Shown here piece after piece: positions 47,246-61,271 of a stretch of 64,000 nucleotides of DNA (positions are counted from its first letter, which is position 1; the number at the start of each line of letters is the position of its first letter). The notes beneath the pieces were generated by a model that worked only from the letters and a program-made list of their open reading frames with translations, had not been told where the DNA came from and made no database searches. Made by a program: the position numbers and the translations under genes. The stretch comes from the human T2T-CHM13v2.0 reference genome, Homo sapiens. The stretch lies in NCBI RefSeq assembly GCF_009914755.1, contig NC_060947.1, one strand, 5' to 3'.

Positions 47246-50200
47246 TGCTGAGGCTTGAGTAGCTTACAGTGTAAACAAAGAGACCTGGAAGCACAAACTT
47301 GGCAGAGCCCACCACAGCTCAGCAAGGCCTACTGGCTCTATAGATTCCACTTCTGGGGGCAATGCATAGTAGAACAAAAGGCAGCAGACAGCTTCTGCAG
47401 ACTTAAACGTCCCTGTCTGACAGCTCTGAAGAGAGCAGTGGTTCTCTCACCACTGCATTTGAGCTCTGAGAATGGATAGACTGCCTCCTCAAGTGGGTCC
47501 CTGACCCCCATGTAGCCTGACTGGGAAACACCTCCCAGTAGGGGCTGACAGACACCTCAAACAAGCGGGTGCCCCTCTGGGATGAAGCTTCCGGAGGAAG
47601 GATTAGGCAGCAATATATGCTGTTCTGCAGCCTCTGCTGGTGTTACCCAGGCAAATAGGGTCTGGAGTGGACCTCCAGCAAACTCCAACAGACCTGCAGC
47701 TGAGGGGTCTGACTGTTAGAAGGAAAAGTAACAAACAGAAAGGAATAGCATCAACATCAACAAAAGGACATCCACACCAAAATCCCATCTGTAGGTCAAC
47801 AACATCAAAGACCAAAGGTAGATAAAACCACAAAGATGGGGAGAAACCAGAGGAGAAAAGCTGAAAATTCCAAAAAACCGAGCACCTCTTCTCCTCCAAA
47901 GGATTGCAGCTCCTCGCCACCAAGGGAACACAACTGGCTGGAGAATGTGTTTGACAAGTTGACAGAAGTAGGCTTCAGAAGGTCGGTAATAACAAACTTC
48001 ACTGAGCTAAAGGAGCATGTTCTAACCCATCACAAGGAAGCTAAAATCTTGAAAAAAGTTAGACGAATGGCTAACTAGAATGAACAGTGCAGAGAAGACC
48101 TTAAATGACCTGATGGAGCTGAAAACCACAGCACGAGAACTTCGTGATGCATGCACAAGCTTCACTAGCTGATTCGATCAAGTGGAAGAAAGGATATCAG
48201 TGATTGAAGATCAAACTAATGAAATAAAGCAAGAAGACAAGATTAGAGAAAAAAGAGTGAAAGGAAATGAACAAAGCCTCCAAGAAATATGCGACTATGT
48301 GAAAAGATCAAATATACGTTTGATTGGTGTACTGGAAAGTGATGAGGAGAATGGAACCAAGTTAGAAAACACTCTTCAAGATATTATCCAAGAGAGCTTC
48401 CCTAAACTAGCAAGGCAAGCCAACATTCAAATTCAGGAAATACAGAGAACACCACAAAGATACTCCTCGAGAAGAGCAACCCCAAGACACATAATTGTCA
48501 GATTCACCAAGGTTGAAATGAAGGAAAAAATGTTAAGGGCAGCCAGAAAGAAAGGTCAGGTTACCCACAAAGGGAAGCCCATCAGACTAACAGCGGAACT
48601 CTTGGCAGAAACTCTACAAGCCAGAAGAGAATGGGGGCCAAATTCAACATTCTTAAAGAAAAGAATTTTCAACCCAGAATCTCATATCCAGCCAAACTAA
48701 GCTTCATAAGTGAAGGGGAAATAAAATCCTTTACAGATAAGCAAATGCTGAGAGATTTTGTCACCACCAGGCTTGCCTTACAAGAGCTCCTGAAGGAAGC
48801 ACTAAACATGGAAAGGAACAACAGGTACCAGCCACTGCAAAAACATGCCAAATGGTACAGAACATTGACCCTATAAAGAAACTGCATCAACTAATGGGCA
48901 AAACAGCCGGCAAACATCATAATGACAGGATCAAATTCAAACATAACAATATTAACCTTAAATGTAAATGGGCTAAATGCCCCAATTAAAAGACACAGAC
49001 TGGCAAACTGGATAATGAGTCAAGACCCATTGGTGTGCTGTATTCAGGAGACCTATCTCACATGCAAAGATGCACATAGGCTCAAAATAAAGGGATGGAG
49101 GAATATTCACCAAGCAAATGGAAAGAAAAAACTCAGGGGTTGCAATCCTGGTCTCTGATAAAACAGACTTTAAACCAACAAAGATCAAAAGAGACAAAGA
49201 AGGCCATTACATAATGGTAAAGAGATCAATTAAACAAGAAGAGCTAACTATCCTAAATATATATGCACCCAATACAGGAGCACCCAGATTCATAAAGCAA
49301 GTCCTTAGAGTCCTACAAAGAGACTTAGACTCCCACACAATAATAATGGGAGACTTTAACACTCCACTGTGAATATTAGACAGATCAATGAGACAGATGG
49401 TTGACAAGGATATCCAGGAATTGATCTCAGCTCTGCACCAAGTAGACCTAACAGACATCTACAGAACTCTCCACACCAAATCAACAGAATATACATTCTT
49501 CTCAGCACCACATTGCACTTATTCTAAAATTGACCACGTAATTTGTAGTAAAACACTCCTCAGCAAATGTAAAAGAACAGAAATTACAACAAACTGTCTC
49601 TCAGACCACAGTACAATCAAATTAGAACTCAGGATTAAGAAACACACTCAAAACTGCACAACTACATGGAAACTGAACAACCTGCTCCTGAATGACTACT
49701 GGGTAAATAACAAAATGAAGGCAGAATTAAAGATGTTCTTTGAAACCAATGAGAACAAAGACACAATGCACCAGAATCTCTGGGACACATTTAAAGCAGT
49801 GTGTAGAGGGAAATTTATAGCACTAAATGCCCACAAGAGAAAGCAGGAAAGATCTAAAATCAACTCCCTAACATCCAAACTAAAAGAATTAGAGAAGCAA
49901 GAGCAAACAAATTCAAAAGTGAGCAGAAGGCAAGAAATAACTAAGATCAGAGCAGAACTGAAGGAAATAAGAGACGCAAAAAACCCTTCAAAAAATCAAT
50001 GAATCCAGGAGCTGGTTTTTTGAAAAGATCAAAAAAATTGATAGACCACTAGCTAGACTAATAAAGAAGAAAGCAGAGAAGAATCAAATAGACGCAATAA
50101 AAAATGATAAAGGGGATCTCACCACCAAACCCACAGAAATGCAAACTATCATCAGCGAATACTATGAACACCTCTATGCAAATAAACTAGAAAATCTAGA

Positions 50201-50311
50201 AGAAATTGATAAATTTCTGGACAAATACACCCTCCCAAGACTAAACCAGGAAGAAGTTGAATCCCTGAATAGACCAATAACAGGCTCTGAAATTGAGGCA
50301 ATAAGTAATAG

Positions 50312-50566
<255 letters not shown>

Positions 50567-53127
50567 TGAATCCAGTAGCACATCAAAAAGCTTATCCAAC
50601 ATGATCAAGTCAGCTCCATCCCTGGGATGAAAGGCTGGTTCAACACACACAAATCAGTAAACGTAATCCATCACATAAACAGAGCCAATGACAAAACCCA
50701 CATGATTATCTCAATAGATGCAGAAAAGGCCTTTGACAAAATTCAACAGGCTTTCATGCTAAAAACTCTCAATAAACTAGGTATTGATGGAACGTAGCTC
50801 AAAATAATAAGAGCTATTTATGACAAACCCTCAGCCAATATCATACTGAATGGGCAAAAACTGGAAGCATTCTCTTTGAAAACTGGCATAAGACAAGGAT
50901 GCCCTCTCTCACCACTCCTATTCAACATAGTGTTGGGAGTTCTGGCTGGGGCAATCAGGCAGGAGAAAGAAATAAAGGGTATTCAATTAGGAAATGAGGA
51001 AGTCAAACTGTCTCTGTTTGCAGATGACATAATTGTATATTTAGAAAACTTCATCATCTCAGCCCAAAATCTCCTTAAACTGATAAGCAACTTCAGCAAA
51101 GTCTCAGGATACAAAATCAATGTGCAAAAATCACAAGCATTCCTATACACCAATACCAGACAAACAGAGAACAAAATCATGAGTGAACTCCCATTCACAA
51201 TTACTACAAAGAGAATAAAATACCTAGGAATCCAACTAACAGGGGATATGAAGGACCTCTTCAAGGAGAACTACAAACCACTGCTCAAGGAAATAAAAGA
51301 GGACATAAATAAATGGTAGAACATTCCATGCTCTTGGATAGGAAGAATCTATATGTTGAAAATGGCCATACTGCCCAAGGTAAATTATTGATTCAATGCT
51401 ATCCCCATCAATCTACCCCTGACTTTCTTCACAGAATTGGATAAAACTGCTTTAAAGTTCATATAGAACCAAAAAAGAGCCTGCAAAGCCAAGACAATCC
51501 TAAGCAAAAAGGACAAAGCTGGAGGCATCATGCTACCTGACTTCAACGTATACTACAAGGCTACAGTAACCAAAACAGAATGGTACTAGTATCAAAACAG
51601 ATATATAGACCAGTGGAATAGAACAGAGGCCTCAGAAATACCACCACACATCTACAACCATCTGATCTTTGACAAACCTGACAAAAACAGGAAATGGGAA
51701 AATGATTCCCTATTTAATAAATGGTGCTGGGAAAACTGGCTAGCCATATGTAGAAAGCTGAAACTGGATCCCTTCCTTACATCATATACAAAAACTAACT
51801 CAAGATGGATTAAAGACTTAAATGTAAGACCCAACACTATAAAAACCCTAGAAGAAAACCTAGGCAACACCATTCAGGACATAGGCATGGGCAAAGACTT
51901 CATGACTAAAACACCAAAAACAACATCAACAAAAGCCAAAATAGACAAATGAGATCTAATTAAACTAAAGGGCTTCTGCACAGTTAAAGAAACTACCATC
52001 AGAGTGAACAGGTAACCTACAGAACGGGAGAAAATCTTTGCAATCTACCCGTCTGACAAAGGGCTAATATCCAGAATCTACAAAGAACTTAAACAAATTT
52101 ACAAGAAAAAAATAAACAACCCCATCAAAAAGTGGGTGAAGGATATGAACAGACACTTCTCAAAAGAAGACATTTATGCAGCCAACAAACATATGAAAAA
52201 AACCCTCATCATCACTGGTCGTCTGAGAAATGCAAATCAAAACCACAATGAAATACCATCTCATGCCAGTTAGAATGGCAATCATTAAAAAGTCAGGAAA
52301 CAACAGATGCTGGAAAGGATGTGGAGAAATAGGAACACTTTTACACTGTTGGTGGGAGTGTAAATTAGTTCAACCATTGTGGAAGACAGTGTGGTGATTC
52401 CTCAAGGATCTAGAACTAGAAATACCATTTGACCCAGCAATCCCATTACTGAGTATATACCCAAAGGATTATAAATCATGCTACTATAAAGACACATGCA
52501 CACATATGTTTATTGTGGCACTATTCACAATAGCAAAGACTTGGAACCAACCCAAATGTCCATCAATGATAGACTGGATTAAGAAAATGTGGCACATATA
52601 CACCATGGAATACTATGCAGCCATAAAAAGGATGAGTTCATGTCCTTTGCAGGGACATGGATGAAGCTGGAAACTATCATTCGAAGCAAACTATCACAAG
52701 GACAGAAAACCAAACACCACATGTTCTCACTCATAGGTGGGAGTTGAACAACGAGAACACATGGACACAGGGCAGGAATCATCACACACCAGGGCCTGTC
52801 AGGTGGTGGGGGGCTGGGGGAGGGATGGCATTAGGAGAAATGCCTAATGTAAATGATGAGTTGATGGGTGCAGCAAACCAACATGGCACATGTATACCTA
52901 TGTAACAAACCTGCATGTTGTGCACATGTACCCTAGGACTTAAAGTATAATAAAATAAATAAATAAATAAAATATAAAAATAAAAAAAAATACAGAAAAC
53001 CAAAACAGCACTATCAACCACTTGACCTAACTTTCATTTGTAAAAAACTTCACCCAACAACAGGAGAATATGCATTCTTTCCAAGTGTATATGGAACACA
53101 TATACCCAAGAGAGGGCATATTGTGGG

Positions 53128-53162
53128 ACCTGCATATGTACCCCTGAATCTAAAATGAAAAC
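53128..53162 (+). mobile_element. Tiny L1PA 3'-terminal fragment
   Basis: acctgcatatgtacccctgaatctaaaatgaaa, embedded in old L1M ORF2. Confidence 0.6.
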
Positions 53163-53364
53163 TATATAGATATAGATAAAGTAGCAAAAAAGAAGACATT
53201 TAAAGGAATAGAAATCATTCAATGATATTCATAGAATAAATTAAAATTCAATAACAAAGATATCTAGAAAATATTCAAATATTCAGAGATGAAAGAAAAC
53301 ACTTCTATATAAAGCAATGTCAGGAGGCAGGAGCAAGCAATGTGATAAAACACATTGATTTAAA

Positions 53365-53465
53365 ATATGAAGCTCACAGAGATGCATTGACATACCCAAA
53401 GTCACACAGCAAGGACAGGGAACCAGGCTGACTGATTTCAGTGTTGGTGTTTTAACCCCTCCACT
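53365..53465 (-). mobile_element. MIR fragment
   Basis: gaagctcacagagatg..cccaaagtcacacagc core. Confidence 0.6.
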
Positions 53466-53671
53466 CTCCTTTACTATCTGATGTTTTTCATCATCATCAT
53501 CTCCTCTCAGAATATACAAAGGCAGATAGACAATATCAGTAAGAGTCAACCTTCTGCGGAGCTGAGGATAGCCTAAATTCACAGGCCCTGGATATTGGAG
53601 GTACAAGGTGCTCAGATATGGGGAACTTAATATTGGCAAGTGTGTTGAACTAAGTGCTCCTGATGATACTC

Positions 53672-53780
53672 ATTTTGTTTTTAAAATAACACTTTTATTG
53701 AGCATAATTCATATGTCATACAATTTACCCCTTCAAAGTGTTCAATTAAGCGGGTTTTTGTATATTCACAGAGTTGTGTG
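53672..53780 (-). mobile_element. L1MB-like 3' terminal fragment
   Basis: cttttattgagcataattcatatgtcatacaatttaccc...tatattcacagagttgtg. Confidence 0.7.
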
Positions 53781-54153
53781 GGTTTTCTCCATTAGCCCTG
53801 TTTGGGGAAATTGATTCTTTTGTATTTGTGATGGTAGCCAAACTTTAATGAATGGCCTATTGTTTGGCAATCTCTACTTCCAAAAGTTAAACCCTGAATG
53901 TTCCACCAGCTTCATTGGTCTCTGTGGAAGTTATTCACATGAGCACTTAGGGTGGCTCCCTGAAACAGGAACATTACTTTATTTTTATTTTGTTAGCTAT
54001 TAACTAGCCCTGCCCAGACCTCCTACAGAAAATACATCTGTGAGGTACTGGGGAGAGGCTCTATCCTACCCTCCTGACATTAAAGTATCTTCAGTATGAA
54101 GCTTTAAAAGAGATTTAAAGTTTCTGCTTCAATCATTTTTGTTCTCGTTCAGA

Positions 54154-54483
54154 CAGTGGTTCTTAATCTGGGGCCACAACACTCTGGGGAGCCAAGGAGT
54201 TATGTGAGAAACCTGCAAATCAGCTTGTGAACGAGGCTTTTATTTTGATTAAATATATCTTACACACGTTTGCTACTATTTCTCAATCATACATGGGTAC
54301 TGTTGTGATTAATAAAGGAAAAAAATCTTCTGCATATGTAACTTTTTTATTATATAGTAACCTTTTTCATTATATATTTTCTCAATCAGCAGACACTAGG
54401 AGTGCAACTACTGTCATGGGATAATCAGATAGTTTTGATTGATAAAATAAGTTATATGGACCCAAAATGTTTAGGAACCACTA
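54154..54483. mobile_element. hAT-Charlie-type non-autonomous element
   Basis: Terminal inverted repeats cagtggttcttaa and ttaggaaccacta. Confidence 0.6.
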
Positions 54484-55773
54484 AATTAAACAAAGACCTT
54501 TCTTCATAGGGTACAAATGTTTCATTTAGTAGGGCATCAACGTATTAGCAGTCATTAACACATTAGCCTGAATTAATCAGCTTGCTTCAGGGTAGGGCAT
54601 TGAACACTTTCATCCTAAAAGCAGAGTGGGGATCAGCAATGGCTCCAAGCAGGTCTAGTGGGTTAGAATTAGTCTTTTGGGTGCCATGTGTGCTTCAGGA
54701 ATTCGACAGTTTTTATACTTATAATAGTAGTCAAACTTTGATAGATGAATTATTGCTTGGTTAGTACCACTCCAAAGAGCCAAACCCCAAATGTTCTCCA
54801 ACTTCTACCAATGTTGGAAAACACTCCAAGGGAAAAAAGAGGGCGCTGAGCACCAGAGATGGGAGCTAAAAGGTAGGAGGGGACAGCAAAATATGTGGCC
54901 AAGACCAAATTTGTCTACTTCTTAGTTTGTTGGGAGGACAAGGAGATAGTCATATCTACCCCAAAACTTTAGCAGACTACAATCTTGAAAAGACGTTTAG
55001 AATTCCTTTACTTTTGAGGTCCTCCCTTCCTTTTGCTCTGTCCCAGAACCTCCTTCGCCTATACTTGCTGACAAACTTTCCCCTCTCATCCAACACAGAG
55101 TCCCATTTTGTATCCAAAGCCATTCAATCAGCTCGAATTGTCTGTGTTTTTCTGGAGGGGTTCCCTCTCCAAACTTGCCAGAATGTCTCAATATTCTTGG
55201 AGCTTGTCCTCAGTTTCCGAAACTTCAGGGCATCCCATAGGCCACAGTTTTGACTTCAAATGCAAACTGACCTTTTCCTTTCACCCAAACACCCTCCTCC
55301 TTACCCACTGCATTGCATCAGAGCATTCTCAAGCCTGTTGTCTTGCTCCAGACATCCCCTTGTCTGTGGCTTGGGGTTAATATCTGGTCCTTTCCAATCC
55401 TACCCCATGTGATTATGCCTTTGTTTCAGATCCAGGAGAGTAATCATACTCAGACTAGGTCTCCACTAACCAAAGCAAAAGGGACATTTGAGAAAACAAT
55501 CAGTTAGTCCTTGCAGAAGGGGTTTTTGGTTGCCTGACAACCAGATAGTTGCCTAAATTCTCCCCTCTGCCTGACATGAGTTCAGGGCCATAAGTGGCTA
55601 CTTTCCCCTGCACAAACACGGCAAGTGTACAATAATGACTTCAGCTGTTTGAGAAGAGGCCATATCCCAAGAGGTACTCCAGAGAGCTGATTTTCTTAGA
55701 ATTGCAGAGCAAAGGGCTCCGGAAAACTGGGCTGAATACTACTAGTGTTTGCCTTTCTCCAACTTCTGTGTGA

Positions 55774-55789
55774 CTGCCATCTAGTGGCA
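55774..55789 (-). promoter_or_regulatory. Candidate CTCF site
   Basis: The minus strand reads TGCCACTAGATGGCAG, matching the CCASYAGRKGGCR core. Confidence 0.6.
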
Positions 55790-55978
55790 TGCAGGGTGGT
55801 GGTGGGGGGTGGTGGAGAGTGCTCCAACAGGGTTCAGTCAATAAGCAGGTGCATTGTTTATGAATAATTTAAAAACAATATTAAAACTGACTAAAGTTGG
55901 TCAGACTTTTATTATAACCACATGCTGGCAATTCTAAACAGTCATTGATAAAATACTTCTCACTTTGGTATACCACTG
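55782..55978 (+). mobile_element. Internally deleted MER97-like (hAT-Tip100) element
   Basis: Termini tagtggcatgca and ttggtataccactg; internal caataagcaggtgcattg..aatttaaaaacaata..ggcaattctaaaca (recalled MER97 consensus). Confidence 0.7.
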
Positions 55979-56309
55979 CCCCCACCCCAGCACCTAAGTG
56001 ATTCCCTCATCTCCCCTTGGAGAGCCATATTTAAGCCTGACTTTTCAGGTAATACTTCAGATTTATATCCCTTCCCTCTATCAAAATGTTCCTGTCTTGT
56101 GCTCTAACCCCCTAAGGCTGTGCTTTTTATTTTCCTTGGTGGAATTTATTTATAGGGAAATATTTATAGGGGTTACCAGCTGTCTCTACCAGGGGCACCT
56201 ATGTTATAACAGAAGTTACCTGAAGAATCAACGCTTTAGTCCAATGGTGTTCTAACTCTTTTAAGGCAGTGAAACACTGTTTTCAAACAAAATATGGTAT
56301 GGAACCCCA

Positions 56310-56602
56310 TCTCCTAACTCTTCTTTAAGTCTCACCTTCAGTGTCATTTCCTCTGGAAGGTCTTCCTTGTCTCTCCATGATGAGGACAAGTCCCCATGAC
56401 TTAGTCACAGCACCTTGGACTCGCCCTTTCATACTACCCATCACACGTGTTATAACTTGTCTAGTGTCTGTATTCCTTAGTAGACTGTAACCTCCATGTG
56501 GGCAGATACTGCATCTATCTTGTTCACCATTGGAACCCCAGAAGCAAGTGTTGTGCTTGGCCCACTGTATGTGGTCCGTAAATAGCTGATGAATGAATGA
56601 AA
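56310..56602 (+). mobile_element. L2 3' end
   Basis: tagactgtaacctccatgtgggcag...aaatagctgatgaatgaatgaa tail. Confidence 0.75.
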
Positions 56603-57080
56603 GCCCTTCTGTTATTATAGCCTATGAGTAAATGAACATTGGAAATAACCATGTCACGTGTTATATTGTGGGTTTTTATTGAAATTATGGTCAAAAACAA
56701 CCCCAAGATCATTTTTTTTTTTTGGAAAAAAAGTGTGGTTAACCAGTTTTCCCACCTTGTAGTCATGTGAGTAAAACTAAATGCAACAGCCACAACTCCC
56801 AATTTCTAGTGTGTAGATTTTTCCTCCTCTCTTTGGCACTAAAGTCAGGTTCTTCTTCTTACTAAGTTTTGGCTGAAGCTCTGCAGGGACAGTCTCCTCT
56901 TCTGTTTTATACCAGGACCCCCCAAAAGGCTTCTCCTAGTTGGCCATCTCAGGTTGGCACTTCCTTCAAAGACGTGCTTAAGTTCCACTGTCTGATTGAA
57001 GTTAACCCAGCCTGAGACTGCTTTCCTTTTTCTTTTAACTACTAGAGATCATGAACAAAGTGTTCACCTAGTTTTTTAAA

Positions 57081-57372
57081 TTTATTTTTATTTATTATTA
57101 TTTTTTTAGAGACAGCGTCTTGTTCCGTCCTTCAGGCTGGAGTGCAGTGGGCATGATCACTGCAGCCTTGAACTTCTGGGCTCAAGTGATCCTCCTGCCT
57201 CAGCCTCCAAGTAGCTGGGACTACAGACATGTGCCACCATACACAGCTAATTTATTTTTAACTTTTTTAGAGATGGGGTTTTGCTATGTTGCCCAGGCTG
57301 GTCTCTAAGTGATTTTCCTGCCTTGGCCTCCCAAATTGCTGGGATTACAAGCATAAGCTATCACACCTGGTC
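57081..57372 (-). mobile_element. AluJ
   Basis: caggctggagtgcagtgg and ctcaagtgatcctcctgcctcagcctcc; T-tail; TSD-like tagttttttaaa/taatttttttaaa. Confidence 0.92.
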
Positions 57373-57429
57373 TAATTTTTTTAAAAGGCATTTACTGTGC
57401 ATTTATACATCAGTCACTCTCATGAACAC

Positions 57430-57530
57430 TTTATTAACTCATTTAAGCCTGACAAGAAACCTATGGGATAGAGATTATTCTTATCCTTATTTTACAGATG
57501 AGGGAACGAAGATTAAGAGATGTAGGAAAC
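57430..57530 (-). mobile_element. MIR fragment
   Basis: tattttacagatgagggaacgaag core. Confidence 0.7.
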
Positions 57531-58965
57531 AAGAAATACGAATTGTTTGCGTGTATTAACTCTGTCTTCTCCTGATTCCCTGATTGGAGTGAACCTCTCA
57601 ATAGTTTTGACCCCAAAGTTATTTTGTTATTAATTTTGGTGATAAGTTGAACAGAGGTAAACAGGTTTATTGAAGGACTGAAAAGGGCCAATGCCCTTCT
57701 GCAGCGTTTCCTTCCCCTCCCCCACTTACCTCTTGAGGAAGAGGGCTCCCTATGCGGATGCATTCCAGAGCTTCAGAATTCCTCTCTGAGCTGCTCCCTC
57801 CTATGGCAACGCCCACGTGAATGCCAGAGGACAATGGCACAGACAGTTTTCAGGAACACGTGTAGACCATCAGCCCCTTCCTCCTCACCAGGGCCTCTGG
57901 CTGCCATGCAAGCTGCTACATCTCACAATAAACCCAAACCCCTGGCATTTTAGAGAAGTAGCAGGTTCAGAAGTGAAAGAAAGAGAAAGTCGGAAGAGCA
58001 GGAATAACATTAGCACTCTTTGTAAGGGGAGAAGGCCTGGATTACATTACAGATGCTTAGGAAGGACAGGTATGGCCTATTTAGTTGGTGCTGCCTACTT
58101 CTATCATCACCCAAAATCTCATCCCTCTCATTCCCAAAACTCCCTTCTATTGCTTCCACTGCCAGAAGGTTTTCACTCACTTTAGCCCTCTGCCTTTATT
58201 TTTGTAATTGGGGAATGCATTTTGAGGGTAATAAAGAATAATAAAGTATTTAAAAGTGAAAAGGTATCTGAGGGTTAAGCAATTATCATTTATTTCACTT
58301 AAGTTGCTTCCTTCCTAATGCCAGACAGCTGCCCTGGAGGGATTTAGGTTTTGATTGTTGTGTGAGGTGGTTAATGGCGGAGCCTGAGGTTCTTTGTGGA
58401 ACAAGGCAGGTGGGATAGCTGGATCTGAAGGGAGGAATGAGGGCACTGAGAATCCAGAGAGTGCATGATGACATGGAGAGAGGAAGCTGTCAAGTACAAA
58501 CTTTGTCTTCTTTGAGGTTTTGCCTAGGACCTGTGCCTTGCCTCCCTCCCATCCATCCCATCCAGAAAAGTGAGAGGAAACTCCCTGCTCACTCCTCTCC
58601 TCACCACCTGCCCCTGCCCCCAGGATGGAGCTTAAGCGGGTACTAATTAGTACTATATATAACTTGGCTACATTCAGGGTTCAAGAGACTTGTGTGGACT
58701 GGCCTGGGAATCTGAGGATCAAATAGAATGATATTTCAATAAGAAAATGCATACTGAATTCTAAACTTTTGGCCAATATGTTATTCTTACATTGGGGACT
58801 GCTTATACTGGGAGGCAATTTAGAATTCCTTCTGTCTACATTAACTTGAAGTCAGGCATTGGGTCTCTTGTGTGGGCCATTTTGTGAAGGCTCCATACAC
58901 ACCACGTTGGAGCGTAAGTATTCATACACACAGAGAGAAAGATATAAAGATATATAAGTATTGTT

Positions 58966-59247
58966 TTATATATATATATATTTATATATATATTTATATA
59001 TATATATATATATATATATGAAACAGGAGCTTGCTCTGTCACCCAGGTTGGAGTGCAGTGGCATGATCGGCATGATCATAGATAACTGCAGCCTTGAACT
59101 CCTGGGTTCAAGTGATCCTTCTGCTTCAGTCTTCTGAGTAGCTGGGACTATAGGCATGTGCACCATGCTCAGCTATTTTTTAAATTTTTGGTAGAGATGG
59201 GTGTCCCACTATGTTTCCCTTACAGGCATAAGCTAACATGTCCAGCC
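58966..59247 (-). mobile_element. AluJ with internal deletion and a (TA)n-converted tail (58966-59019)
   Basis: ttgctctgtcacccaggttggagtgcagtgg; jump at atgtttccc|ttacaggcataagc. Confidence 0.85.
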
Positions 59248-59659
59248 TGTAATATATATTATAGCTATTATAAATATTATATATTATAGATAGCATATGT
59301 AGAAATATAGATATTACTTATCCACAATATTGAAGTCTTAGCAAAAATCCTTCACAGCTTAGTATTACTGTGAAGCCTATGCCACACATGCAAGGACATT
59401 TTGCTTTAAGCATTTAGAAAAATCGATGTATAAATCTAATATTTATCATTTATTTTGAAAGACATCTTATGGCAAATCAGTTTACAAAGCAAATAAGACC
59501 TTTTTTTCATTTGTACTTATTAACACAGGTTTTATTAGTTTTCTTTGGAGTAGGGTACAGAGAAAATGTCCTGAAAATCTGCCTAGCCTCTGCATATTTA
59601 TGTATTCCCTGAACTGCTTGCTCTCCCAAATGGAGAAAGAATCTCACCAGATGGACTCT

Positions 59660-60330
59660 TCACTTGGCAAATATTTACTGAATGTCTGGACGTGCTGGAC
59701 ATTGGGTCCCTAACTTCTCAGAGCCTTCCAATCTAATCATGGAGACCATGACTGAGCAAACATTTCATGTTTTTACATATAATGGCATGTAAAAGGTGAA
59801 TGCCTTCAATGTTCTCAAGTCTAAAATAGGGTCAATAATGATACTTCCCACACAGGGCTATGGTGAGGATTAAATGAAAAAACATGAATGTCAATTGATT
59901 ACTATAGTGGTTGGCACAGGAAAAATACTTTGGTGATTATTTCCTGGAAGCATGGGGTAGGGAAGAACTAACTAACCTGCCTGAAGGAGGTGGACAAGTT
60001 TTCAGAGCTGAGCAATATGAGCTTTTAACAATTAGTAGGTGTTTGTTAAGTAGAGACATCAGGGAATAAACATTCCAGGCAAAGGGAGCTGTATATGAAG
60101 GCTCAGAAGTCCTGAGAATGTGGTAAGTTCCAGGATCCCGGAGTTGCCTGCCATGGTTGGAAGATACAGTATATAAGGAGAAAGGGAACATGGTGGCAAA
60201 CCAGGAGGTGAGCAGGCAAGGTTCCACAGGGGCAGTGATGTTTGAAGGATGAGTAGAAGTTTGCCAGTCACAGAAGAAGAAAGAACACTGTAGTGGTGGA
60301 AAGAGCATATACAAAGGCACAAAGTTGTAC
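59660..60330. mobile_element. Cluster of L2 and MIR fragments
   Basis: caaatatttactgaatgtc (L2), cagggctatggtgaggattaaatga (MIR), cattccaggcaaaggga (L2). Confidence 0.6.
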
Positions 60331-61271
60331 ACGCATATGAAATATTTGGGGGACAGTGTTCTGTAGGTGGAGCTCTGCATTCAAGAAGCTACCTCTCCCA
60401 TGTGGAGCTTTCAAAGGTGTCTGGGCATGTTTGCTAGGCTGGTGGGGTGGGCCCCTTGATGTCAAATTATGTGAGGATTTCAGAGGGGAATGGAAGCAGT
60501 ACATGTACCCACAAAAGAAGAGGAATTTGGAAAACAGTAATATGTCTGTCTTGGAGGCTTGTACTCAGCACAGACTCTGCATACTGGCAAGCGAGCCCTG
60601 ATAAAAGGGATAAAAGTAGAATCTGAATGACTTGTTTGCACAAAAAACTGTGAGACTCTGGGACACAGGAAGACCCTGCTTTGGTGCACACAATACACAC
60701 TCAAGAACTATTTGTTAACTGGTTTCATGTAAGGTGATAAAGTGTAACATCACAGGTTGGGAGGAAAGAGGGTACTCTCTCTACTTGTGCACAGGATCTG
60801 GTGCCATTTGGGAACGCTGAGGATTCCAGAGCATCACCACTGTGGTGGCATCTCTAGACCAGCAGAAAGAGCCCCTACCAGGAATAGCACAGTTGGCAGC
60901 AGTGGTGATATGTGTAGCCATACAGGCAGTCAATGGACTTTTTTTTTTTTTTTCTAGCAGAGCCCATCATGGAAGTAGGTGTTGGGGAGGAAAAACTTTT
61001 CCTCTACTCTCTTAGGTTCAGTAACTAGGAGCCTGTGGATTAAACTAACAAAACACAGATTAATAGAAGGGAAGGCACACAATTTTTGTTAATATTTACA
61101 TGTACAGAAATTCATAAAAAGGAAGTGAAACTCAAGTGGTTACACTTGGGGCCTTTACATCCTTTTAACAAAGGAAAGGTTTGGGATTCAAGGGAGGATA
61201 AAATGTAGGAAAGTGACTAGAAAATATACAGGGGAACTAATGGAGGGTAAGGGCTAGTTTGGTAAGGTTGG

